Origin: a virus
Lineage: Duplodnaviria; Caudoviricetes
Strand: one strand, 5' to 3'
IMG/VR virus record: IMGVR_UViG_3300020049_008087
Coordinates: 1-64,000 of that record
DNA: 64,000 nt
The notes beneath the pieces were generated by a model. The model did not search any database, was not told the origin of the DNA, and was given only the letters and a program-made list of their open reading frames with translations. Of this stretch, positions 37,178-45,620 are shown in pieces (position 1 is the first letter of the stretch; every line of letters starts with the position of its first letter). A program made the translations under genes and the position numbers.

Positions 37178-37180
37178 AAG

Positions 37181-37396
37181 CTAGTATTTATCACGTGGCT
37201 GACCGACATCAAACAGATGTCCATAAGTTGATACAAACTCATTGGCTTCCATTTGCAATTTTTTAGGTATAGAATTGGCGTGTGAAGTGGCATAGTGTAC
37301 CCATTGCACACCCTCATCACGAGTCTTTACCTCTAATACAGTAATACTGATGCCATCTTCAAACAGGTATGATTTACCTTCAAGTAGTTGTTTCAT
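37181..37396 (-). CDS. hypothetical protein
   Basis: coupled ORF. Confidence 0.5.
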   Translation of the reverse strand: MKQLLEGKSYLFEDGISITVLEVKTRDEGVQWVHYATSHANSIPKKLQMEANEFVSTYGHLFDVGQPRDKY

Positions 37397-37996
37397 TTAT
37401 TCAACATGGTGAACACTGTACTCACCCCATTTAACATCATATTCGCCTGCATTGTTGTCAATCGCTTGACCTGCATACTCAATGCTGCTGACAATTTCAC
37501 CGTGATCGGTTTCAGACACATGGAATTTTAGTTTGGTAAAGTCAATATCTTCTTCGGAGTCAAATGATCCCTCAAAGTAACAGCCCTTGCCACCCTGCAC
37601 CCATTTGAGATAAAAGCCAGGATCCAGTACACTAATGTAGTAGTCCCGATCTCCATGGTCACTCATGCCCAGTTCATATTCTGGATCATATTCACTGATC
37701 ATGTCGCCAATACTGCCGTGGTACACGATATTGCCTTCTGCATCCTTAATGACCACTAGACCATCGTCTAGGTCTGGCCCGCCCGCAAACACCACGTCAT
37801 TGTATTCATTGTAATAGTCAAGCAGCTTACATTCTTCTGGAGTTCCATTCTCATCATAGTCAAATGATGACTGCAGCGCATCAGACAAATATTCCTCGAA
37901 CTCATCACTGCTCCAGTAATCATATTGTGCTTGAGTGATTGTGCCAATGCCCACGTCCATGCCGCGGCTGAAAATTTCAATTGTGTATTCTTTCAC
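37397..37996 (-). CDS. acidic hypothetical protein
   Basis: GTG start after GGAGG. Confidence 0.55.
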   Translation of the reverse strand: MKEYTIEIFSRGMDVGIGTITQAQYDYWSSDEFEEYLSDALQSSFDYDENGTPEECKLLDYYNEYNDVVFAGGPDLDDGLVVIKDAEGNIVYHGSIGDMISEYDPEYELGMSDHGDRDYYISVLDPGFYLKWVQGGKGCYFEGSFDSEEDIDFTKLKFHVSETDHGEIVSSIEYAGQAIDNNAGEYDVKWGEYSVHHVE

Positions 37997-38241
37997 TGTG
38001 CTGCCTCCTGTAGTGTTATTTGTGTTTTGAATCCCATGCGAGTGCAATATTCCACATAGTCATCTTTGTGTACATACCTATCCATGCCCTGTTGCCCGGT
38101 GGGTACTTGCAAGTAGTTCACTAGATTGAATCCACTGCCACTGCCCACTCTACGATGTACGCTGATGCGGCGCAGGTCGGTTAGGTGATCACGCTCTCGT
38201 ACTAAAAAATATTCTGTTGGTTCATTAAGTTGATTGATCAT
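37993..38241 (-). CDS. hypothetical protein
   Basis: ATGA overlap with the ligase stop. Confidence 0.5.
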   Translation of the reverse strand: MINQLNEPTEYFLVRERDHLTDLRRISVHRRVGSGSGFNLVNYLQVPTGQQGMDRYVHKDDYVEYCTRMGFKTQITLQEAAQ

Positions 38242-39572
38242 TTGTCATCTCTAAATCTGATAAAGCGAGGGAAACGCAAACTGTATGTGCCATCCTGATT
38301 CTGTGTTATGGCATCGCACATGACTTCTGCGGTACGACCAATTATCACATTGCTGTTGGTCCAGTATTCAGTGCGGTCCTCATCACTGAAGCCACTGCCC
38401 ACATTGACTGTGATGTGTTTACCATCATCCGTACCCTCACATAACAATGCACCCAGGCGACCCAGATTGCGTCCAGTGCCTTCGTCTACGCCAATGATGG
38501 AGAGGTCAACTGTGATAGTGGGTTTCCATTTCAACCAGTCAGTACTGCGTTTGCACACATAGGGTGCATCAATATCTTTGATCATGATGCCTTCAAAGCC
38601 TGCATTTACATTGTCTTTGGCATAACGCTCAAGTTGATCTTTGCCCTCAGCAAAATCCAAATCAACCATCAAGTGAGGCAGCAGTTCTACGTTGGGCATA
38701 CTATCAATGACAGGACGCATCTTTTCTAGGATATCAATGCGCTTGTGCAGTTGAGCATTCCAATAACCACGATTGAAATCAACGATTGGAATAACGTCAA
38801 AGATATTGAACACGCTGTCATCGGCCTGTGTATCTGACTTACGCCGAGCTTGCCGCATGAGTTCTTGGAAACTGTTGCCAATTACCTCACCATCTAGCAC
38901 GAACCCAGCCACCAGATGCTGGCGTCCGGCGGCAATTAACTTAGTTAATTTGGATTTGATTTGTTCTTCAATGTGAGTGAAGTTCTCAAACACTTTGCCA
39001 TTGCGGCTGTAACACTGCACAAATGGATAATCAGAATCAAAATCGGAACACAGTACCAGTACTCTGACACCATCCAGCTTGGGCTCCAATCGTTTCTGTC
39101 CCTTCATCTCTGGTCTGCCTTCGCAATTGGTTGCCAGTTGGCAGGCAAAGATGGGCACTTCGTAATCTGTTTTCTTACATACTTTGTTAATTGTTTTGTC
39201 ACTAATACCCGCACGAAGGTCACGTGCCAGCACAGGCTTTAAGAATAGATTCCATTCTTCACTGTCAAACCGTTCACTCATGGCAGCAATAGCATCACGG
39301 GCAGCATGACCAGTCAGGCAGCGGGTGGACAGTTGTACCATTAGATCGTTGAATTCATCCCAGGGATTCTCTGCACCAGTGATACCCACTGTTTCCGGAA
39401 TCTGTTTTACACCAAAAACCACGTAGGGGTTGTAACATGCTTTAGTGAATGATAAAAAATTGATAGCATTAATACTACCTAGGACACTTGCTTCAAGGGC
39501 TTGAAGCATCACATCTTCTTTATGTGAACGACTATTACTTTCATTTAATTTTTTTATCCACGCAGCCGACAT
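38238..39572 (-). CDS. lig: ATP-dependent DNA ligase
   Basis: EPKLDGVR (KxDG), LDGE, FEGIMIK, WLKWK, LRFPRF. Confidence 0.95.
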   Translation of the reverse strand: MSAAWIKKLNESNSRSHKEDVMLQALEASVLGSINAINFLSFTKACYNPYVVFGVKQIPETVGITGAENPWDEFNDLMVQLSTRCLTGHAARDAIAAMSERFDSEEWNLFLKPVLARDLRAGISDKTINKVCKKTDYEVPIFACQLATNCEGRPEMKGQKRLEPKLDGVRVLVLCSDFDSDYPFVQCYSRNGKVFENFTHIEEQIKSKLTKLIAAGRQHLVAGFVLDGEVIGNSFQELMRQARRKSDTQADDSVFNIFDVIPIVDFNRGYWNAQLHKRIDILEKMRPVIDSMPNVELLPHLMVDLDFAEGKDQLERYAKDNVNAGFEGIMIKDIDAPYVCKRSTDWLKWKPTITVDLSIIGVDEGTGRNLGRLGALLCEGTDDGKHITVNVGSGFSDEDRTEYWTNSNVIIGRTAEVMCDAITQNQDGTYSLRFPRFIRFRDDK

Positions 39573-39636
39573 ATAAATTCCTTTATTTGAATGATTATAT
39601 TATAGTTGAATTTAGATTATTTGTCAACCTTTTGGC

Positions 39637-39717
39637 ATAAATAATGGTGTAGTTCGCGGCAGTGGAATGCCCAACTACTCTAAATGCTTTAAAGGAGCAA
39701 TCAGCATGAATATTTAT
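39637..39717 (+). promoter_or_regulatory. late promoter + two-hairpin endonuclease leader (copy 3 of 3)
   Basis: ATAAATA...GTAGTT-CGC-GGCA-loop-TGCC-C-AACTAC...TGCT-TTAAAGG-AGCA. Confidence 0.8.
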
Positions 39718-40290
39718 TACCTAATGGTAAAGACCCATAATATAACTGGGTTAAAGTACCTTTGTCAGACAAGAAAAAAAGATCCTTACCGTTATCTAGG
39801 GTCGGGTATTGAATGGGCTACTCATTTGAGGAAGTTTGGAAAGACAGTTACAACGGAAGTTATTTTCCAAACAACGGACAAACAGCAACTAAATGATTTA
39901 GGTAGATACTATAGTCAATTATGGCGGGTAGTAGATGCTATGGATGATTTTGGAAATAAAATTTGGGCAAACTTAATTCCCGAAACAGGTGGTGGACCAG
40001 GAGTAGCAAACCCCACACCGGAAATTAATTATAAGCGTTCGCTAAAACTATTAGGAAGAACGTTTCCTCATATGAAAGAATCACCATCTGACGAAACCTG
40101 CTTAAAGATGAGTTTGGCACAAAAAGGAATTCCCAAAGGACCAATGAGTGAGGAACAAAAATTAGTTCGCAAAATAAAACAAACCGGAGTACTTAAAGGT
40201 CCTCAAGTACTAATAACTTGTCATTGTGGAAAGACCGGCGGAACATCAAACATGAAACGATATCATTTTAATAATTGTAAAATAAGGTAA
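39706..40290 (+). mobile_element. Seg-like GIY-YIG homing endonuclease with NUMOD3-like tail
   Basis: IYYLMVKTH..TGLKYL...YLGSG..W...ANL.PE.GGG; C-terminal C-H-C-G...MKRYHF..C. Confidence 0.75.
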
Positions 40291-40369
40291 TCATCCCTAC
40301 TCTCCTCAATTATTTTTTATAGTGTGCTATAATAGCACACCATTGATAGTGTGTACAGAAATTTGGGCG

Positions 40370-40723
40370 TTACCATGAACTGCTGTAGATTACCTTAAAT
40401 CCCAAAAAGATTTGGGTACGAGCCTCAGTGATGAACTCCAAATCCCTGTCACGGTAATGGTCATCACTGTTATTACCAAAAAAGAATCCATTGGTGTCAG
40501 GTAATTCACCATGAATGATAGCATTTTCCAAATCAGTAATATCGTCCCAGGTCAATTCTAGATCATCACCATTAAAGTCACCGCTATTGCCTTTTGATTC
40601 CCAAAGCTGCTTCATCCAACCATGCAGATTGGGATGCTTGCGCCAGTAAGCAATTTCACTGGATGAATTTCTATCGTCAGCCTCTGCGTTCACAGTGGCA
40701 AATGCCCACATATCTAGTCCCAT
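40370..40723 (-). CDS. conserved phage hypothetical protein
   Basis: MGLDM...YWRKHPNLHGWM...Y.SSW. Confidence 0.65.
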   Translation of the reverse strand: MGLDMWAFATVNAEADDRNSSSEIAYWRKHPNLHGWMKQLWESKGNSGDFNGDDLELTWDDITDLENAIIHGELPDTNGFFFGNNSDDHYRDRDLEFITEARTQIFLGFKVIYSSSW

Positions 40724-40870
40724 GATTACTCCTGACTGGCTTTAATAGCCTGTGTTTTAGTAACGTCCACTGCTTTGTCTAGCATACGTGCTACACCAGT
40801 GAATCCAATTGTTGCTACTACAATACCAAATACAGTTCCAAAAATAAAGTTTTTCATGTTGAATTTCCTA

Positions 40871-41095
40871 TTAGCGTTTCATTATCTGTGCCAACACTTT
40901 CATGGCTTCTGGGTATGCGTTCATTTTTGCTATGTTGATTTCTGCACCTTCCAAACGCAATTCTTCGCTCATCACTTCCAACAACTCCATTGCGTATCTG
41001 ATATCATCGTCTGTTTGATCTTGAAACCAAGCATGGATAATCTCAGGAGTTGACTCTAATAAAAATCGTAGATTTTCTTTATCTTGTTCGGTCAT
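40871..41095 (-). CDS. hypothetical protein
   Basis: coupled ORF. Confidence 0.5.
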   Translation of the reverse strand: MTEQDKENLRFLLESTPEIIHAWFQDQTDDDIRYAMELLEVMSEELRLEGAEINIAKMNAYPEAMKVLAQIMKR

Positions 41096-41511
41096 TGTGC
41101 ATCATCCTCAATCATAGATTCAATTTCATCCTTGAGCACTTTCCAGTACTTGCCCTCAGAAACTAACCACTGGCCACCAGTGTACAAATAAAAGAACTCG
41201 CCATCTATGCCATTGATAAAATCATCACGACTGGTGAACACTGCAAACTCGTTGTCATCTTCGCCACGATCACGACCATAAAACACAGTACAACCCTTTT
41301 CAGGGGTAGTATGCGTATGGTCACCCACTGGCACTATGTTTTTGCCCAGCGAACTGATATTGCCCAGTTTGATCAACTGCGCAATTTTAACAGTGTCTTG
41401 ATAAGATTCATTGAGAATCTTGCCATTGTGTTCTAAATAACCATCCCAGTGGCAAGATACTGCTTTGATTACACCTTCGTATTCAATTGCGATAGCTGAA
41501 CGAGTACTCAT
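41092..41511 (-). CDS. early protein, MSTRSAIA paralog A
   Basis: CHWDGY...SSLGK...FYGRDRGE; paralog of 42561..42983. Confidence 0.7.
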   Translation of the reverse strand: MSTRSAIAIEYEGVIKAVSCHWDGYLEHNGKILNESYQDTVKIAQLIKLGNISSLGKNIVPVGDHTHTTPEKGCTVFYGRDRGEDDNEFAVFTSRDDFINGIDGEFFYLYTGGQWLVSEGKYWKVLKDEIESMIEDDAQ

Positions 41512-41517
41512 TTGCGT

Positions 41518-41574
41518 CTCCTTGTTTTTCAGTGTATGTGAGTATTATACACCCAAATTCAATTACTGTCAACC
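41518..41574 (-). promoter_or_regulatory. early promoter cassette (copy 2)
   Basis: TTGACA-17-TATAAT-ACTCACATACACTGAAAAACAAGGAG. Confidence 0.85.
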
Positions 41575-41936
41575 GTTTGTGGCTGTTTCTTTTTTGCAAA
41601 CTTTACGCACCACATGCACTTGACACTGGGCTTGTCATAAAAGTAAGCACCCATGTCAAAATATTTGGTGTCGCACACAGCACATACAAACCTTGTCATT
41701 GGTGGACCATTTGGTCCCGCTGCTGCAAACGCCTGTTTGTCACCAAGTGGCGTTTTGCAGGCACCGGCTGTTGACTGTTTAATCTTAGGCATAGGCCGAT
41801 GGACTCAGCGTATCAGCTTCCAATACTGCATCATGGTAAGTGTTGGCACCCAGCAAAACCGTTTGCCCATCTGCATAACAGGCCATGTATGCACCATTCA
41901 TTGCCACGTATACAATTTCAATCAAGAAGTTATCCA

Positions 41937-42119
41937 TTATGCCAGTTCCTCATCTGAGTTAATTGTTGCATTGCACTTGTCTTGAAAAGTATTACCAATT
42001 GAAGTCTCTAGTACATCTGCCCTTGTGGGGTAATCGTATACCAGAATTGCTGCCAATTGAGAAATACTGGTGTTGTTGAGAAATGCAATTTCGTTTGCCA
42101 ATTGTTCTAATTTAGTCAT
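41937..42119 (-). CDS. hypothetical protein
   Basis: GGAGG SD. Confidence 0.5.
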   Translation of the reverse strand: MTKLEQLANEIAFLNNTSISQLAAILVYDYPTRADVLETSIGNTFQDKCNATINSDEELA

Positions 42120-42394
42120 TATACTGCCTCCAACATGTTAGCTGGAACACGCCAGTTCGTCAATCCTACATTAACAATAACATTCTTAATTTTGATTTCT
42201 TTAACAGTGCCCACTGTATAACCACCGGTGCGACTGTTGATGAAACGGACCTGAGAACCAATTGCCAAACTGCGGCGAGCTTGTTTGGTCAACTGAATGC
42301 GGGCATACTTGATTGACATTGCAATACCATTGAGTTGGTCATTACAAAATTGACCGGACATAATTGCTTGATTGATTTCATTGATTGTAGTCAT
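42119..42394 (-). CDS. hypothetical protein (SH3-like C-terminus)
   Basis: CAAGGAG SD; GSQVRF...GTV..I..K. Confidence 0.55.
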   Translation of the reverse strand: MTTINEINQAIMSGQFCNDQLNGIAMSIKYARIQLTKQARRSLAIGSQVRFINSRTGGYTVGTVKEIKIKNVIVNVGLTNWRVPANMLEAV

Positions 42395-42491
42395 TGTCAG
42401 CTCCTTGTTATTCAGAAAGTTCTTCAGCCGATGGAACATAAACCCAGTCATCTTCGTACTCATCAAAAATCCAGTAACCGTTCATTTGCTG

Positions 42492-42548
42492 CTCCTTGTT
42501 TTTCAGTGTATGTGAGTATTATAGCACCGATTGGATTTACTGTCAACC
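42492..42548 (-). promoter_or_regulatory. early promoter cassette (copy 3)
   Basis: same consensus; drives a 25-aa ORF and then 42119..42394. Confidence 0.85.
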
Positions 42549-42560
42549 AAAAAAGTGTTG

Positions 42561-42983
42561 TTATGCAGCAACAGATTCTAGTACTTCCGATACTTTCTTC
42601 CAGTCTGTGCCCGACAGGTCCTTAACATACCAAGCACCATCGGTTCCCAAAATGTAAAAGAACTCGCAACCAAGACTTTCATAATGCAATACAAAATCTT
42701 CGGCAATATCAAATTGCATCCAATCAATGTCACGCTCACCGCGATCACGACCATAGAACACTGTGGTGTCCTTTTCAGGAGTAGTGAATGAATGACCGCC
42801 CAGAGGCACTACACGTTTGCCCAATGAACTCATGTCACCATGAGCCACAAGTTGTACTGCTTGCTCAAAATTATAGTTGTCTACTAAACAACGACCCACA
42901 TAGTCAGGGTAACCATCATAGTGGCAATAAGCGCCCTTGATAACATTGTTGTGAGTGACTGCGATAGCTGAACGAGTTGACAT
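42561..42983 (-). CDS. early protein, MSTRSAIA paralog B
   Basis: CHYDGY...SSLGK...FYGRDRGE. Confidence 0.7.
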   Translation of the reverse strand: MSTRSAIAVTHNNVIKGAYCHYDGYPDYVGRCLVDNYNFEQAVQLVAHGDMSSLGKRVVPLGGHSFTTPEKDTTVFYGRDRGERDIDWMQFDIAEDFVLHYESLGCEFFYILGTDGAWYVKDLSGTDWKKVSEVLESVAA

Positions 42984-42990
42984 TTTCTTT

Positions 42991-43045
42991 TCCTTTTCTC
43001 TAGTGTATGTGTACATTATACACCCAACGGGAATTACTGTCAACC
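42991..43045 (-). promoter_or_regulatory. early promoter cassette (copy 4)
   Basis: same consensus. Confidence 0.85.
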
Positions 43046-43074
43046 AAAAAAAAGCCCCAATTAAGGGGCTTTTT
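43046..43074. terminator. bidirectional terminator
   Basis: AAAAAAGCCCC-AATTAA-GGGGCTTTTT. Confidence 0.8.
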
Positions 43075-43086
43075 GTTGCTAATTTG

Positions 43087-43392
43087 TTAATCAGCTTTCT
43101 TGGCTTTTGCTGCTGTTTTAGCAACTCCTACTAGGGAGCCACTGTTGACAAATGCATACATCTTTTCAGCGGCTTCAAGCACTTTATCAAGTCCTGGGAA
43201 CTCAGGCATACCAACTGTGGTAACGATCTGACCAGTCTTTTCGTCTTTTACTGCTGTCATTTCCCAACCAGCAAACTTGGTACTGTGTTCTGATTGGACC
43301 ATGTCCTTGGCCATAGCCAAGATATCTGTGCGGATCTCGTATCCGTTTTTGTTGAATTTTACTTCTGGTAATTTAGGTGTATCAAATGACAT
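43087..43392 (-). CDS. conserved phage hypothetical protein
   Basis: KNGYEIRTDILAMAK...AEKMYAFV. Confidence 0.6.
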   Translation of the reverse strand: MSFDTPKLPEVKFNKNGYEIRTDILAMAKDMVQSEHSTKFAGWEMTAVKDEKTGQIVTTVGMPEFPGLDKVLEAAEKMYAFVNSGSLVGVAKTAAKAKKAD

Positions 43393-43802
43393 TATAATCT
43401 CCTTGTGTGAATGTCTGTGTGTGGTGTGCTTACTTCTGGTTCAGCACTGTACTGATTATATATTAATGAATAATATATATCAAGCACTTTGGGGAAGTTT
43501 TGTGGGATTGTTTACCCACTCCACATCCTCGTCAGTCATGGGTTGCCATTGGTTCATAACCAACCCTGTTGCTTTTTATAACTGAATTCTTGTATGAGTT
43601 TGTCCAGGTCTCCGGCTGTTTGCGGAGGTCTTGCCTGTATGTATCGTTCTAGTTCGCTCTGTTGGGTAGGCGTAAACCAGCCGATAATTCGGTTGAATAG
43701 TGTTAACATCGTGTCCTCTGTGTGTGTATGTTTTGAGGTTTTTGCAGAACCTCGTAACTGTAATTGTAATTGTATTTATACTACTGTTTTACGTAAAGAC
43801 TA

Positions 43803-44012
43803 TTACTTTTTTACAGCTTTTTTGCCTTTTGCAGCTGGCTTCTCTGCATCTTTGCTATGGTCTTTCTTTTTAGCCAACATCAATTTGCCCTTGGTTACTG
43901 GAGCATTGGCTACCACTTCTACTGGCGGCAAACTTTTTTCTACCGCGACTGCATGAGTGGCACCCAGAATTGCAAGAACTGCCAGTGCTGCACATAGTGT
44001 ATTTTTAATCAT
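43803..44012 (-). CDS. small secreted Lys-rich protein
   Basis: signal peptide. Confidence 0.5.
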   Translation of the reverse strand: MIKNTLCAALAVLAILGATHAVAVEKSLPPVEVVANAPVTKGKLMLAKKKDHSKDAEKPAAKGKKAVKK

Positions 44013-44202
44013 CTTCCTCTACCTACCTTTCGTGTTAATGAGCTTCCGCCAAATCCCTTGTTTGGTTTAGGGGCTTTGGTCTCTGGTTGACTACCGTTAG
44101 CGAACCCAGCTGTCTTTTTGGCTTTGGCTTCAGCAGCCATGTTGATAAAGGGATTCTTACTTTTCTTTTCTTCAGTCATTGTGTCCTCCACAGATATTTA
44201 TG

Positions 44203-44604
44203 TTATTTTCTGCGCTTCGTAGATTTCACATAGTCATATACATCACCGTACAGTGATATCATCATGGCCACTTTGCTGTCGTACAGTCTGATGTGTGCTC
44301 CGCCGGCGATGTTTTTTCCCAGGTAGTAGGGACAGGTCAGTTTGTGGTTCAGTTCCATGAGGAAAGCATTCCAAGTGGTCTGATTTTTAGTAATGCTTTT
44401 TTTGTAGTCCAATGGCAAGTCAAAGTATTCTATCTCAGCCAGTGAAAAGTAAAGTTTACCCACTTCAGTCAACCTCAACCCACCGTCGTTTCTGATATTC
44501 ACCCACCATGATTTTGCTGCAATGCTCAACTCCAGCTGACTCTGTTCTGGTAGCTGATCCAGCACTGCCTGTGTGATTCTAGATTTTACTGAATCTCTGA
44601 TCAT
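44203..44604 (-). CDS. hypothetical protein
   Basis: GGLRLTEVG motif; coupled. Confidence 0.55.
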   Translation of the reverse strand: MIRDSVKSRITQAVLDQLPEQSQLELSIAAKSWWVNIRNDGGLRLTEVGKLYFSLAEIEYFDLPLDYKKSITKNQTTWNAFLMELNHKLTCPYYLGKNIAGGAHIRLYDSKVAMMISLYGDVYDYVKSTKRRK

Positions 44605-44891
44605 TCAGGATATACTTTAGTCCCATGATTCATAAACACCACACTAAATTGATCAGTCTTGAACTGTTGGTTTAGTTTCCTACACAAGTTACGTGCATGT
44701 CCAGGATTGCTAAAACTGGTTTTCTTGTACTTGGGCACACTCTCACTGTCTAGATAATGTTGACTTTTTAGATTGATTGGTTGACCATCCAAAAAAACAG
44801 CCCATATTCCAGCGGCCTCAACAATCTGATCATTCTTGTATGTGGTTTTATCTACTATCTCTAACAATATTTTTGGCTGAGTTCTGCTCAT
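44601..44891 (-). CDS. conserved phage hypothetical protein
   Basis: KYKKTSFSNPGHA.NL..KLN. Confidence 0.55.
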   Translation of the reverse strand: MSRTQPKILLEIVDKTTYKNDQIVEAAGIWAVFLDGQPINLKSQHYLDSESVPKYKKTSFSNPGHARNLCRKLNQQFKTDQFSVVFMNHGTKVYPE

Positions 44892-44895
44892 TAAG

Positions 44896-45096
44896 TTACC
44901 ACTTGCTACCTTTCAATTCCACATTGATAACTTCATCGTGCGAGTTATTAGTGGGCACCTGTTCATATCGGTCAATAATCAATTTGGCGATTTCATCACG
45001 CAGTGCTCTAGCATCTGAACTGGTCATTACCACATCACGCCCCTGGCGACCCTCCATACTGGATACTTTGTCAATAAATCGTTTAATATGAATCAT
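44896..45096 (-). CDS. hypothetical protein
   Basis: coupled ORF. Confidence 0.5.
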   Translation of the reverse strand: MIHIKRFIDKVSSMEGRQGRDVVMTSSDARALRDEIAKLIIDRYEQVPTNNSHDEVINVELKGSKW

Positions 45097-45560
45097 AGTG
45101 TATTTATCACATTTTTAGCTTCATCTTGGGTTTTATATGGACCATAGCTTTCATATCGCTGAATAAAGATATACTTGGGAGCCAGCAGGGTAACAAATTC
45201 AGTGCCCTGTTTGATATTAAACCAACCAGCTGCATGAAAGCATTTGCTCTTTGGCTCAGTGGTAAACAGGTGTACTTTACGTTTGATGTCTACTACTGAA
45301 TTGTAAACTCGGGCGTGTCCAGTTGGATACACGCCATATGAGGGAACAAAGGGCTTGGTTTCTGCTTTGGCATTGGGGATAAACTCTATCTTTTCCTTAG
45401 TGGCAATGGCAGTGGTGCTGCTATAATGTTTGATAGTGTTGCCTATTCGCACATCGTAGCCCGTACCATCTGACATTACGTTGCCCACTTTTTGTGTACC
45501 GTCAGTGACGATCCAATATTGATTGTTGACCACTGGTTTTGCGATTAGTGTGTTAGACAT
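45093..45560 (-). CDS. hypothetical protein
   Basis: AAGGA SD. Confidence 0.55.
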   Translation of the reverse strand: MSNTLIAKPVVNNQYWIVTDGTQKVGNVMSDGTGYDVRIGNTIKHYSSTTAIATKEKIEFIPNAKAETKPFVPSYGVYPTGHARVYNSVVDIKRKVHLFTTEPKSKCFHAAGWFNIKQGTEFVTLLAPKYIFIQRYESYGPYKTQDEAKNVINTL

Positions 45561-45620
45561 TTGTTTCCTTTATGTTCTGTAAATAGTATCATATTATAAA
45601 TAAATTTGCAAGTGTTTTGG

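Noticed and set aside
39667-39705. Longer N-terminus (MPNYSKCF...) for the third GIY-YIG gene
   Set aside because: That ATG lies inside the conserved leader; the SD and both paralogous leaders place the start at 39706.
40322-40340. Perfect palindrome GTGTGCTAT-A-ATAGCACAC containing TATAAT
   Set aside because: Single copy between convergent genes, with no -35 box or partner found. It may aid termination, but support is insufficient.
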